From Cetorhinus maximus (taxonomy: Eukaryota), in contig NC_135902.1 of NCBI RefSeq assembly GCF_964194155.1, forward strand, positions 47,678,001 to 47,742,000: 64,000 nucleotides of DNA, read 5' to 3'. The stretch's first letter is position 1; each line of letters opens with the position of its first letter. The translations under genes were made by a program, and so were the position numbers. Below the pieces are notes generated by a model. That model was not told the origin of the DNA, did not search any database, and saw nothing but the letters and a program-made list of their open reading frames with translations. This document shows, in pieces, positions 13,269 to 27,339 of the stretch.

Positions 13269-13930
13269 CTGAGTCGCAGGATGGCAGAAAATGCACTCAA
13301 ATTAATCGCCCCAAGCGGTGGGTTTTGGCCGGCTTTACCGGGTCTTGTCCCAACACGATCGCAGATGCCAAATTGCGATGTTCTCGGGCAGTAACGAGAA
13401 GCTCAAAGTAACCAGTCCGGGCCTGTGGATGATAACTTGTATCAAAGAGGGTCGCTCACAAAGCCTTGGCCTAAGGTTACATTGTAACTGTTTACATCAG
13501 AAGTGATACATTGTAACAAAACAAAGAACAGAGAAACCCTCTCCCAGCCGCCGCCGCCTCCTTACAATCAATGCTCATCCTTCGCTTCCCCCTTCACACA
13601 AAGTGCATCTTAAACCGCTTCTGGCTGCCGGGGGGGCGGGGGGGAAACCTCCTCCTGAGTCATCTCAGGGCAGAGAGGGGGGGGGGGAAAAAAAACAGGA
13701 GCAACTTAGCAACCGAGTCCGCCTGCAACCAAACTTCATCTCAACGGAGGTCCCGCCCCCTCCTCGGCCTCCGATTGGTCCTCGGCGAGGGGCGGTGCCT
13801 CATACCGGGCCGCTGATTGGTTGGTGATTGGTCAATCAGCAAAACCCCGCTCCCGCCTCCCAGGTTCCGCTATCAAATTAGATTGACCGGGCACTCAGAT
13901 TCTCAGAGGTTGCACTGACCCGCCTGACAA
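13269..13930 (-). promoter_or_regulatory. CEP131: CpG-rich CEP131 promoter and non-coding first exon(s)
   Basis: CpG-rich; GC boxes (CCGCCC ~13753, GGGGCGG ~13789); ATTGG/CCAAT boxes (~13774, 13816, 13827); candidate minus-strand donors at 13565 (GTAAGG) and 13268 (AG|GTGGGA). Confidence 0.7.
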
Positions 13931-15129
13931 CAAACATGGGTCAAAGGTGCTACAACCCCAGTACTTAGGAAAGCAGGATTTTAACTAAAAGTGCCTCATT
14001 TTCATTAGTCATAAATTAATTTACCATGCTGTGTAAGGTGGAGCAATAATGCATTTTATGGACCACGACATTAAGTGTTTTAGCAAAGCCAGCTTCTTGA
14101 ACTGTGCACCACTGGTTCCATGGGAGATTTTATCTGCTTTTATCTGGGTCGTGTCCTTCTGATGCTCTGTCCCTTACATAGAATCTGTAATTCCAACCGA
14201 ACCATTCCATAAATCAGGAGACAAGCATTTTAAAAAGATCGAGCGATTTGGTGTAAAAATCACGTGTTGTTTATTTTATTCGAACACAAACCAATATGGG
14301 TAGAAAGTTGGTTTATAAAGGCTCAAAAGTGGTCGATTTAAACTCTAAGGTGCCAGAGCCCTTTACGAAAGCTACATTCATGCATTGAAATGCTTTACAG
14401 TTTTTTTGGAAGGATTCTTATCTGTTTTCCGAGTGTGATCGTGGCCCCGCCGGTGGTCCAATTGTGGAGGTGTCCCAGGGCCAGCACCGATACAGACAAT
14501 TCTCCCCCCACCCCACCCAAGGAGCCAATGTGGAGAGGGATTGGGTTTCATGCAAAGCTGGGATCTGGTACCCAGGCAGCTCCAGGGTCCAAGCATGTGA
14601 ATCAGAGGTCCTGAGATTGCAGGTCCTCCCGCAAGATAACAACTGAGGCTCAATTTTTCGCATCGATAAATTCGCAAGACATGTCTGCAGAATGTACGGC
14701 GCAGAAACAGGCCATTTGGCTGAACTGCTCTATTCTCCGCATTTCATCTCATTCTATCAGCATGCACCCTTCTGTTTCTTTATGCCTTGTGTTTAGCTAT
14801 CTCCCCTAAATGCACCTATGCTGTTCACCTTAAATATTCCCCATGGGAGTGAATTCTACATTCTAGTCACTTTGGAAAAATAAGTTTTTTTCTTAATTCT
14901 GTAATGGATTCATTGCTGACTAACCTAGGTCAATGGGCTCAGGGTTTGCACTAAGCATACCAGAACCTCCTGATACCAAAACTGACAGCTGATATGTATC
15001 AGGAAAGATTGAACTCCAGGAAAGAGAAGGCTAAGGGGTGACCTAGTAGAGGTCTTTGTAAATAATTAAGGGAATTGATGAAGTAGATAAAGAGAAGATA
15101 TTTCCACGTGAAGAATACAAAACTAGGAG

Positions 15130-15530
15130 ACGTGGATATAAGTGATGTTGGCTGAGGGATAAATATTGGGCTGGACACCAGGCAAACCTCCTCTCAGCTT
15201 ATTCAAATAGTGCCATTCACATATAACTGAGAGGGCAAATAGAGCCCTGAATTGAGCTCTGAAGAAGAGACTTGAAACGTTAACTCTGTTTTTCTCTCCA
15301 CAGATGCTATTAGACCCGCTGAGTTTTTCCAGCATTTTCTGTTTTTGTTGGGCAAATAGGGCCCTGGTTTAACATCTCATCCAAAAGACGGTGTCTCCAA
15401 CTGTGCAGTTCTCCTTCAGTACTGCACTGAAGTCTCAGCCTAGATTATGCGCTCAGGTATCTGGAGTGAATATTGTACCCATTACCTTCTGACTCAAATA
15501 AGAATGTTACCACAGAATCAAGGCTTCACC
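15130..15530 (-). mobile_element. Deu-domain SINE interrupted by a Penelope fragment
   Basis: Reverse complement of the SINE consensus on both sides of 15250-15349. Confidence 0.7.
15250..15349 (+). mobile_element. Short Penelope pLTR-derived insertion (deleted hammerhead stem II)
   Basis: CTGAAGA-aga-gactt-GAAACGTTAACT...; 17-bp TSD GGGCAAATAG(A/G)GCCCTG at 15233-15249 and 15350-15366. Confidence 0.8.
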
Positions 15531-15589
15531 TTAATAAAGTGCATATTGCAAAGAAACAGTATTTTCTAGCTGCCCTGGATTACATACGA

Positions 15590-15872
15590 GCATACAAAAT
15601 AGGAGCAGAAGTAGGACTGTTGGCCCCTTGAGCCTGCTCACCATTCAATAAGATCATGGCTGATCTGTTTGTGTTTGAAGTTCCACATTCTCATCCACCC
15701 CCAATAACCTTTGATTCCCTTGCCTAACAAGAATGTATCTACCTCTGCCTTAAAAATATTCAGTGACCCTGCCTCCACCACCTTCTGAGGCAGAGAATTC
15801 CAAAGTCGCACAACCCCCTGAGAGAAAAATTCTCCTCATCTCTGTCCTATATGGGCGACCCTTAATTTTAAA
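15590..15872 (-). mobile_element. CR1 3' fragment
   Basis: CR1 3' UTR (aggagcagaagtagg...gatcatggctgatct). Confidence 0.8.
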
Positions 15873-17092
15873 CCAATTGCAGATGTTGCCATCCACATTC
15901 ATACACCCAACGATCGAGAAATCTCAAAACTCTTCTGCATGGGCTCAATGCATGAATCATCGAATCATAGAATGGTTACGGCACAGAAGAAGGCCATTTG
16001 GCCCATCGAGCCTGAGTCAGAATGATATTGCTGAAGTGATTGTAATTCAACGATTTTGGAGGTAGCTTATTCCTACATAGGGATCAAAAGGCAGAGTCAT
16101 AGGATGTTTGCTAACACTCAACAGGGTCAAATTTTAAAATACATAGCAGCAGTCACAGCAGCAAGTGGAATGTGCAGTCAGGGAAGTTCTCTTTGGGGTG
16201 GGTCACAAGCCAACGCCCATTGTGGAAGACAAAGGCACTCAGAAATGTACAGCAGGAAAGTTTCACTTGGATCAGCTGTATTGCCAGCTCCTACAATTAC
16301 AATAATTTCCATACAAAATGTTGCCTCATGATCTTAGACATGAAAGCAATTTCTGCTGAGGTCAATGCAATGTGATATAATTGCTACAAATATGCAATGG
16401 CAATCATTATTTCAGCTTGTTCAACATGCCACAGCAATGACATGTAGACCAAATACCAGGATTTGGAAACAAGGCATTAAGAATATGACCTGGGTACGTA
16501 ATGTAAACAACTGGAATATTGTCTAGAAAATGTTAACCCTTTCACCTGATCATGTAAGTGCTCTTAGACTAGCACTCAGCTTCTGGTGCAAATGAATTTT
16601 TTTAAAAAACTGACACATTGTGGTTGTTGATCACACTGAATCATCTTTTCACTTTGATTGAAGTTCACATGGTTGGAAGTTGAAGTGCATGTCACAAGAT
16701 TTGTTCTAAACCTGGAGCACTGCCAATAGAAGCCGATTATCCCAACTATTCCAAAGTTTTAAAACTTACTTCACGCTCTTCTTTGCACTCTGCAGGTGAA
16801 AAAAAAATCAATCTGACTGTTGTGGATTCTGATGAAAAATTAACTCGCCGGCTCTTTCTACATGTGCTATCTAACCCAGTAAGCGTTTATTCCATTTTGT
16901 ACTGCTGTTTCAGATTTTCTCATCTGCAGTTTTTTACTTCATTCTTCAAATAAATTAGCATTTACACAAACATACTGATTGGGAAGTTTTTAATATAGCA
17001 AGGCATTTGAGATGAAAATTGAGTGAGGTGACACCTTTATAACTAGAGCCTGGCTTTTGGTGGTGCTAGCCAAAGGAGGAAGCAAAAATCTG

Positions 17093-17775
17093 GGCCAAGG
17101 TTTTCAGCTCGGCATGTGGGCACACGCCTGACACATGAGCATGAAATAGTGTGCGATGACATTGGGCGAGCGTCCCGATGTCGTTACACACTCGCCCGAT
17201 ATTCTGGTTGGTGGACACGTGCGGGAGTTGGCAACGCGCCCGCCGACAATTAAGACAATGTTAAGCTCATTAATTAATTAATTTAATTTAAACTTTCCCT
17301 GCCCGTCCAACCTAACGGTTGGCGGGTGGGCGAATAGGCCAAGCGGCCTTTCCATTCTTTGTCAAACCTCATCCATGGGCGGGATGAGGTTTCAGCCAGT
17401 GATTCTAAAAATAAATAAAAACTTTTAAAACTCATTTTTAACATGTCCCATGACAGAGTCACATGAGTGGGGGAGACATGTTTTCCTTATTTCTCAATTC
17501 TTTATTTGTAATGTTGAAAACCTTCAGCTCCCTGAGGCAGCTCTGTGCCTTCAGGGAGCTTTCACTGAGTGCACACCCGTGCACGCGCACACTTCAGCGC
17601 TCGCGCTCCTCCTGCCCTCTGAGGCAGCACTGAGGCTCTGAGCGCGCCTTTCATGCTGGCTGGCCATTAATTAGCCAACCAGCATGAAATCGCGGTTGGG
17701 GCCCGATCGTGTCGGTTTCATGGCTGCTCCTGGGCTCACCTGCCATGCCTGTCCGACGAGGTAAAAACCCTGCCC
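17093..17775. mobile_element. PIF/Harbinger-like MITE (~680 bp)
   Basis: Imperfect TIRs GGCCAAGGTTTT / AAAAACCCTGCCC; 3-bp TSD CTG; homologous to copies at 34.2, 44.6 and 53.7 kb. Confidence 0.8.
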
Positions 17776-19069
17776 CTGGAGAATTTGATTTAGGACTGAG
17801 TTGCACATTTAAAAACCGGGGGAGGGGTGGGGAAACACCCAGGCAAAGTTAACACTTTAGAAAAACAGATTTATATATTCCTGCCTTATATTATATACAT
17901 GCTGTCTTCTTTCAATTCAAAATGGATAGCACATAAATAAAACATTGATGTATTAACCATCAGGAAGCTTAAACGTTTTAATTTGCAGAAACTGTATGAA
18001 AGCATGCAAGTGTTTGTGAGGAGATAAACCTGTGTAAGCCATAAATATAAACAATACTCAGCAGGTCAGGCAGATCTGTGGAGAGAGAAACAGTTGTTTC
18101 TGGTCGGTAAGCTTTTGTTTGAACCTGTAAAGTATACTGTAGGTATCAAAAATAATTAGGTAGAATCTATGAGAGCTTAACTTATCAGGCTGGATTTGTG
18201 CACTATGTACTTAGCACTGAAGTTTTGGAGACAACTGAAGGGTCAGGAACAAAGCTGAAGGAGGGAGGGAAAGAAGTTGGACCAGTGACTCAAAACACTT
18301 TAAAAAAGGATAAAGTTGATATCCAATTCTGCTCTCTTGTGCATTCCTTTTCATCGTATTTTCAAAGCTCCATCATTGGCAATCATGCCTTCAACTGCCT
18401 ATGCCCTAAGCTCTGGTATTCCCTTTGTTACACACCCCCAGGGAAACTGTGAAACAAAATAAACAAATTTACTGAGTGTTCCCCAATTGAAAAAGTTAAC
18501 AATGAGAATCCACTTTTTGCAGACTTTACTTTAACACGAGTCAGAAGCGAAACAAATTACACATGAATTAACAGGCAAATTATACCTCAATATAAAGGTA
18601 AACTTAACTTTGAATAGTCAGTCCAACAATGCCTTATGCAACCACGAACTTTCACATCACTCCCCACACAATGTGGCACTATATATATGGCTGCACAGTT
18701 CCATAATATACTGTTCTTTATTCATGAAGGGTAGATCAGGGGATACCCAACAACAGCTTTCACCTTAGAGTTTCATGGGTATAATTATCAAGGGCAAGGC
18801 ACACTCCTACGAACCCTCTCTCCCTCGTGTCATGACTGTCCTGATGTGTAGCTTTCCAGATCCTTTTCAACCGACCAACCAATAACACCCCAGTTCAGTT
18901 TGACCACTTCAGCAAAAGCACCCAGCTCTTTAGCACCGCCAAGCTATTCACACATCTATCCAGATTTTAGACCTTTTTATCCAGCTTGCACAGTACTTCC
19001 AAGAACTCCTGTCTCCTTTTCTGCCATGATTCCCTGGGTGACCGTCTAGTCCCCCTCCTGTCTTCACCT

Positions 19070-19790
19070 TTATGTGGGGCGGGCGAGGCCTAGAGCAGCC
19101 TGCCTGCCAATGCCCCAATTGAGGCCATTAAGTGGCCAATTATTAGACACAAGGGCTCTTTCCACCCAGGAAGCAGCCCTTAAATATCCTCAATTTTGAG
19201 GCTGTTGGGAGGAGTTCAAGGCGGAGGATGTTTTTTTCCTTCATTTACGGGATGTGGGTGTCGCTGGCTAGGCCAGCATTTACTGCCCATCCCTCATTGT
19301 CCTTGAGAAGGTGGTGGTGAGCTGCCTGCTTGAACCGCTGCAGTCCCTGTTTGGGCCTCAGGCAGGGAGGGGAAGGGCCCCTTTTCCACTTCGACACCCT
19401 CCTCAAGGTCTGTTCCCCTGTGGGTGCTCCCTCCCCTCCTGGATTGTCCATCAAGCACTCCACCGCCACCCCCATCCCCTGGGCCTCACCTCCCCTCCTG
19501 CCACGAGACCCCCCTGCATTTACCTGGTCCTAAACTCTGGGACTTGGAACCTGTGGGCAGTTTGTAGTCCCAGTCCTGGCCACTGCTGCTGCTGGGACCA
19601 CAGGGCTGACGGCCAATTCAGATTACCCAGCAGCTCTCTGAGGCCGGAGTTCTGCCCAAATGAGGGGGACAAGTCCCCACTCCGGCCAATTAATATTTAT
19701 CAGAGCGTTGAATGGCTGTGGGGCTGCTGTGATCAGGGGAGTTGCATGTCCCCTCTTCGGGTGCTGGGGGCATCCAAAAAATCCCTGCCC
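19070..19790. mobile_element. Harbinger-like element with a nested LINE 3' tail (~19235-19345)
   Basis: Ends AAAAATCCCTGCCC (TIR); internal minus-strand LQRFKQAAHHHLLK LINE tail. Confidence 0.55.
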
Positions 19791-20219
19791 CTTATGTGGC
19801 TCAGCGTCAAATTTTGTTTGATAGTGCTTGTGAAATTCATTGGGACATTTTTAGTACATTAAAAAAAATCTATATCTATGCAAGTTGCTTTGGCTATTCT
19901 GTTAAAATGAATATTTCCTAGCTATGTACTGGTTATTTTTTTAATTGCTCTGATCCAATTGTGTTTTGTTTTCCTCATTCTCTTCCCACCCACTCACTAC
20001 ACACTTTTAAGTTCAATTTCATTTGAAACAACACTGTCAGACCTGCTGAGTTTTTCCAGGTATTTTTGTATTTGTTCTAGAAGTTTCATCATTCTTCTCA
20101 ATGAAGTGGTCTTCAGTCCCATTCAATAAAGGCAAGATTATAATTGTGGTCAATCCTTCAATGGCCAAGACCTTTTACACTACACCAGCGAGTCTAAGCA
20201 CAAGGCATTTTAAAAGGAA

Positions 20220-20620
20220 AGCTTGCATTTATATAGCACCTTTCATGATGTCAGGATCTCCCAAACCACTTTACACCCTATTTTAAAATAAATTCACTGT
20301 TGTAATGTTGGACACGGGCTGCTGATTTGCATACAGCAAGTTTCCACAAAAAGCAACATAATAATGACCAGATAATGTGTTTTACTGATGTCACTGGAGG
20401 AATAAATATGGAGCAGGATGTCAGAGATATCTCCCATGCTCCTGTTCAAAATGGTGCCATGTGATCTTTCACGCCTGCCTGAGAAAGCAGACAGGGCCTT
20501 GGTTTAACTTTCCATCCAAAAAAAGGGCACCGCCAACACAGCAGCACTCACTCCCTCAGTGCTCCACGAGAGTGTCAATCTAGATTTCTGTGCTTAAGTC
20601 TCTTAAGTGAGACTAAGTCA
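20220..20620 (-). mobile_element. Deu-domain SINE
   Basis: Starts with the L2-like tail cttgcatttatatagcacctttc; reverse complement of SINE consensus. Confidence 0.75.
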
Positions 20621-20942
20621 GTGCCAGACCCGTCCTCTCTTTGCAGTTTGAAACCAGAAGAAAACATCCCTGATATGTACAGTGATGCTCCAGCCTCATT
20701 CTGGGCTAAATAAGATGCAAAATTCAGCTTTAATATGTTGTGGCTTGAGTGCTATGCTTTCTTTGTGGAACATACAGACTTTACTTCTGGATCTTAAAAA
20801 GTCTTTTTTTATTATTACTAGATATATGTTGAATTCACATGAATACAAGTTCCATGACTCAGCTGTACACTACCATCTAAAGTTACAAAGCGCTTTAAGT
20901 TCACTGCTTTATATTGACTTTAATAAAAGCATAGTCCTGCTA

Positions 20943-20989
20943 GTGTGTGTGCACGCGCGCGCATGCGTGTGTGTATACACATGTACATA
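20943..20989. repeat. Alternating purine-pyrimidine tract (47 nt)
   Basis: gtgtgtgtgcacgcgcgcgcatgcgtgtgtgtatacacatgtacata. Confidence 0.85.
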
Positions 20990-23066
20990 GCAGTGAGGAA
21001 AAATTCACCCCTATTCCTCAAATGCACCTGATTAAGGCACTATCCCAACACAGGGGCTCACTGCTCACCAGTTTCCCACAAGTCTGAAGCCAAAGATCCA
21101 GGTTTAACTGGTCCAATCTCCTCAGCAGATGCAGTTTGCAGCTGTTTTGGAAATTTAAAAGATGTACAAAAGGTGGTGAAGATTAAGAAGGAAAGTTTAA
21201 GTTAAAAGGTGATTGTCTAGTCATGCATGTCGATAGAAACTCGTCCCACAGAATTGCACAAATGCAGATTCCTCTGTGCTATTAAAAATAAGAATATAAG
21301 CCCTCCAAAAATATTTTTGCTGCTTGAATTGTAAACTACCTGAAACAGCACAAGCTCGCACCTTGCCACAGAACTGCCGCCAAGGAATGTCAGTCTGTCA
21401 CAGGATTATTTGTCTTTTTGGGTATATGGGAAACATACTTACTGTGCAAGGTCCAGTTTAACAAATGCAGATAATTTGAAAATTAGCCTCAATCAGAAGC
21501 AGTTAAATAGAAAGACATAGATTGGCAAACATGAACTCTTTGACATCATGTTAATTGCTGGCACAAACACACCATGATTCAATACTAACATCACAGAGTC
21601 TGTCTCTGACAAATTAATCTGCAGCTCTTCCTTTTATCCCTATTCAGCAAATACCTTTAACCATAGTAGGGTAGAAGTTGTTGTTTGCTGGATAAGCAGT
21701 AACATTTTTTTTAAAAAGCGAATAAAGCCATGTTTTTAAGTGGTAATAAGCTAGAAAGAACTATCATGACATCTCATTCTAAAATTTAGTGAATTTCACC
21801 AAGTAACTGTTGGTCTGCAAGTCTGTCCTTTACCTAAATAAATCCTCCACTTTAGAGTGTTAATCCGGAGGATATTTACAGTATTTTGCACTGATCACCA
21901 GAACATAAGTGTACAGACCTCATTATTTTAAGTCAACTATTACAAGAATGCAAATACGTATCACTCCCAGGAATTCACAGCATTCACCAAAGTATCTCAT
22001 TTTCTTTTGCTTTGGGCTGTAAGTTGGATATGTGGCTCTGCATGTAAAACGTACATATAAATATGCTCACCGCATCACTGATTTTGAGTGTTAATAAAAC
22101 ACTATACAACTGAAATTTCTGGGTTACAGCTAAAGTAAGCAGAATATCAGAACAGATAATAGTCCTGCTGCCAGGGATATGCAAGATTATTATTCTATAT
22201 CAAAAAAAGTTCATATTTCTTATCTCTTATTGAATATGCTCACTCTTTTCTTTGATAAGAAGAAATCAATAGTTTTGTGATTCCTGAAGTTAGTTCAATT
22301 TTCTAAAGAGCTGTTGAGGCTAGTGTTCACGCCAAGCTGGACATCTGCTTAAAAGGAGCTGTAATAAAACTTAGCAGAAAATTAACTTCAGAAAAGATGC
22401 GCTTCATCTTACATGATGAAATGTACGCCTTGATTAATCTTTTTTCTCTTTTCTCCAAGGAACCCATTTGTTGAGAATTGTAGGGTAAAGTTCCCTTCCC
22501 CAAAAAAACAGGCCCTCCACATCCCTCTTCTCCACCTCCACTCCAAACACCTTACTCAAAAAACAAAATCAGGAAGTTATTCCCGTGTCTACTTTGGCTG
22601 AGGGAAGGTTTTCCTTATTTTCTTGGTCAATTGGCCACTCAACCTTTCTTTAGCCGAATGCAATCTTTAGGATCCCATTTAGCAACGCATCCTGATGACT
22701 GGAACTTAGCCCGACTCATTGGACCATATATCCATGGCAATAGGGGAAGCAGGTTCTCGGGTTCCTGTGCAGAGCAATGTGCCAGATTTCCCTTTGATGT
22801 ATCTCTTTCTCAAAACCTAACATTGTTTTGTCCGTCTTAGCAGCCGTATCTCCATTGATTATTTTGAGTTCCGTCTCCCCAACAATGGGTGTTTTTTTTA
22901 ACATTGAAGGGCTTTCAGGAGTGAGTTTATGGTAAAGAGTATTGAAACCGAAGCATTTTAAGCCCTGAAAATCTGACCAAAGAAGTCCAGGCAATTCATT
23001 TGATATTTCTATTAATGAATGTTTTATGTTATATTAACAGCTGGTTGATCCTGTTTAACTTTCCGA

Positions 23067-23770
23067 GGCTGGATTTATTTTACATGCCCCCAGCAGGTGT
23101 GTTTTCGCTGGGGGAGGAACGTAAAACAGGCCGGGTGGTTAGCCCACCAGCTTCCTGCCCACCCCTGACCCGGTCCCCATAATACACAGAAATCAGCAGC
23201 CCACCTGCCATATTTAAATGAATAATTAAAAGGTTATTAGGCTTGTTAGCAGGCAGAATAAAAACCTCCACACATCAATATAGGGTTAAAGCCTATAGGA
23301 AAAAAGGCAGGAGGGGTTGGTGGGGCACGTCTCGGAGGCACTCTCACTGAGATGTCACCCCCCCCCCACCTCCATTTCCTTCTGAGCCACCTGCCCTACA
23401 AAACCCGGCCCCCACCCCCGCTCCCTGAGCTCTAGGACCCCTCCCCACCCTAAAACCGCGAGGACCTATCTATCCTGGGCAGCCATGCTCTACCTCACGC
23501 TACTTCCTACAAGCCTGGCAGTGCCCACGAACTGAGCTCTGGTGCTGCCTGGACTGATGGAGCTGCCGGCCAATCAGATTGGCTGGCAGCTCCCGAGGGT
23601 GGGACTTCCTCCCACTGAGCGGGTGGGAGTTCCATTGTTAAACAGTTTAGCCTGGCCACAGTGTGTTCTGGCTGTGGGGCAGGCTTCTGGCAGACCTTTC
23701 TCCAGAGGGGGTGAACAGTGTGCACCCAGAGCTTAATTGAGATCAATGTAATTAATGGGAACATTAATTC
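23067..23770. mobile_element. Harbinger-like non-autonomous element fragment
   Basis: GGCTGGATTT start; shares ctgccggccaatcagattggc motifs with the 19.1, 36.2 and 55.0 kb pieces. Confidence 0.5.
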
Positions 23771-24747
23771 GAACTTCATATGTGGCCCATAAACCTCTAC
23801 TGCAAATCTCTAACAGGCCTTTGAGGATTAAAGCTTAGGCATTTCCAGCCAATGGTACACAGGAAAGCTATAAAGTCAACCTGAGATCATGTTTCATCTC
23901 AAAATAAGTCGAAGTTACGTGAAACACTACTGGTTCATCATTATTCGTCTACACAAATACCAGTGTCATTTTCGGAGAAATTTCCAGTGCAGAGATATTT
24001 TAGTTCAGTCCCAGGATAAAAATGAATGCCAGAACACAAATTAATTTTCACTTGGAAAAACATGTTCACAAATGACAGCCCATTTGTGAACTGAAGCACT
24101 GAATCAAGTTTGCGTGATGCAGTTTGCCTTTAGCAGAGAGAACCATTAAAAGGCAAAACTGCGGCTGGGAAACTTGATTCCGATCTTTGATAATATAACG
24201 GAGAGGGGTGATGAAGGGAGTGGGGTTGATTTTGTGTGCTGGGACTTTCAAAGGGCATTTGATGAAGTGTCACATACTTGACTTGTTAGCAGATTTGAAG
24301 CCCCCGGGATTAAGAGACCCCGGGGTAGCACGGAAGTGAAAACAGCTAAAGGACAGAAAGCAGAGGACAGTGCCAAAGAATTGTTTGTCGGGCTGTTACA
24401 CCAGGGAAATTCACAAAAGGAGTCGATTGGTTTCGCGCATTCAGGAACAATAAATCAGGAAGGGGGAAGAAAGGTGCAACTCTGACTGCCATAGAAATGC
24501 ATCCAATGTTATTTTGTACATGTACAGCACACATATTAACTGTTGGTCTTAACAGGACACATTAAATATGTGTTCTTACCTTCCTATTATAATTGTAACA
24601 AACTCCAGATTCAGAACAAGTACATTGTGGTTACAAAAAGAAACAAAGCCACTAATCTTCATTTAACACGTTTGATAACACCATTCATGTTTCGCTCTCG
24701 CCTGCCCATCCAACTCCAAAAGTCAGTTTCAATATGCCATTGGGTAT

Positions 24748-24889
24748 TCAGTGCGTCTTGCTTCCAGGGTATTTATTGTTGAAGAGGCTGATGCCAGCTT
24801 TAGAGGCGGTCTGTTTCACCTTGTCCAGTGTGGTCTTTTTAATGGCAGCGGGGGGAACAGTCTCTTGGTCAGCCAGGGACTGCAGCTCC
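24748..24889 (-). CDS. PYCR1: PYCR1 coding exon 7 (terminal, TGA at 24750-24748)
   Basis: tctctgtttag| then (R)ELQSLADQETVPPAAIKKTTLDKVKQTASKAGISLFNNKYPGSKTH*. Confidence 0.95.
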
Positions 24890-25520
24890 CTAAACAGAGA
24901 AAGGTGAAGACTCATGTACAAGCGCAAGAGCAGGTCAAGAAACGTGTGGAATAAATTCCCATAGCAAGCAGTTAAATGACTGCCCTACAGTAAGTCTCCT
25001 TACCTACACATTCATCTCGAAAATACATCCTACATCAGAACGAGTGATCGATCAGTGACTCCTTGCAGTAATCTGTGAACTGCGCTCGCTTTCCACAACC
25101 AATGCTAAATCCAGGTGTTTATTAACCTCGGTTGTCCATTGTATTTAGTGAAGTAGCACTGGATGATGGAGGTAAAGAGGAGCAAAGGAGCTGGGAACCC
25201 AGGCTAAAGAAAGCTATTTCCAAAATCAGCCCAGTAAAAACAATCTTAAGAGAATTAAAGAGGCAATTCTTGCTGAGAATTTTTAAAAATATGTTACATA
25301 AAATATATACTGTTGTTAATAACAAATGGCACAACTGCAGCAGTTGACAGCCTCCTCCCACAGCCCTCAAAAACTTTCGGTAGATGACAATCCCCGGAGT
25401 ACAATTAAACCTCCAAGCGAGAGCATCTGTGGACCACCCACAAATTGGAAGCAAAATCCAGGCCATGGCTAAATGTTCGTGGCATTTAGTTGCTGAGTTC
25501 TCTCTGATGCAAGAGATTTA

Positions 25521-25733
<213 letters not shown>

Positions 25734-25995
25734 TCAAGAAAAGAGGACAAAATATATTGACAAAATCCTCGGTAATTTAAAAACAATGTACAGCACATTT
25801 TTCATTTGAAAAGCGAAGTTGCAGAAACTACCATCAAGGTTAGGGTTGGACAATCAGTAACTTGTTATAACTGAACCGTCCGGGTGGACAAGCCTTGGCC
25901 TTTCATTCCAAAGGATTCTATTTAACGGAAGGTTTCGATTCGCTAAACTGAGGCAATAGTTTAAATGGAACACCTCCCGAGCATCAACAAAATTA

Positions 25996-26334
<339 letters not shown>

Positions 26335-26359
26335 TCACTCAGTCAAGATCCGTGCATCT

Positions 26360-26900
26360 GCAGCACTGACACCTTTAGATTATATAAAAACGCCTTTAAT
26401 GCAGGAAAATGTCCCCCAAGGCGCTCTGCAGGGGGGTTACCAAAAAGAATATTTGCCACCGTGTCACATAAGGAGGTATCGGGATAGGGAAACCAAAAGC
26501 TTGGGCAAAGAGGTAGGATTTTAAGGAGCATCTTAATGGAGGAGAGAGGGGTAAAGAGGTTTAGGGAGGGAATTCCAGAGCTTAGAGCCCAGATAGCTGA
26601 ATGTGTAAATCAGGGATGCGCAAGAGGCCAGAATTGAGAAGTGTAGAGACCTCGGGGGATTGGAGGGGTGAAGGAGGTTACAGCAAGATGGAGGGATGAG
26701 GCCTTGGGGGGGGACTTTAAAGAACAAGGATGAGAATTTGACCACTGAGGTGTTGCCAGACCTGAACCCAATGGAGATTAGGGAGCTTAGGAGTGTGGAG
26801 TGAATGGAACTTGGTGCAAGTTAGGATGTGGGCAGCAGATCTTTGGATAAGCTTAAGTTTACAGAGGATGCAGGGTGGAGGGTTGACTAGGAGAGTCTTA
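26360..26900 (-). mobile_element. L2 LINE 3' fragment
   Basis: LKLIQRSAAHILTCTK...LHWVQV...KF and KLWNSLP motifs. Confidence 0.8.
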
Positions 26901-27339
26901 AAGCAGACTGCTTTGACAAAACTTTCGATCACCTGCCCTCCTTAGATGGCTCGTGTCAAATTTCTTAGCATGAATCTCCTTGGGAGGTTTTACTATGTTA
27001 AAGGCTTCACATAACAGGAGAGCTGCTCAGAGATGGGAGGCCGTGAGATTCAAGTAGCCCAGACACAAGTTAAGACCTGCAAGTACACATTTGGAAAGGA
27101 GTTCCCGGGATTTGTGGTGTGCGAGGATATTGAATGAATAGCTGTCTGTGTGTAGGCATGATAAAAATCAACTGGTATTCCTTCTGCTCAAACAGATTTT
27201 TGTTTAGTCACAGAATATTTTACCAAGACAAAAGATGAATAGAAGAAAAACAAAGGTTTTCACAAGAAATAACCGACATACGAAATATCCTGCCATAAAC
27301 TTCTTTCGAATGTGATTTTACATATAGAAATTAAACAAA

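Noticed and set aside
22460-22484. Plus-strand AG...GT-bounded ~25-nt micro-exon candidate
   Set aside because: No partner exons or plus-strand gene found; compatible with chance.
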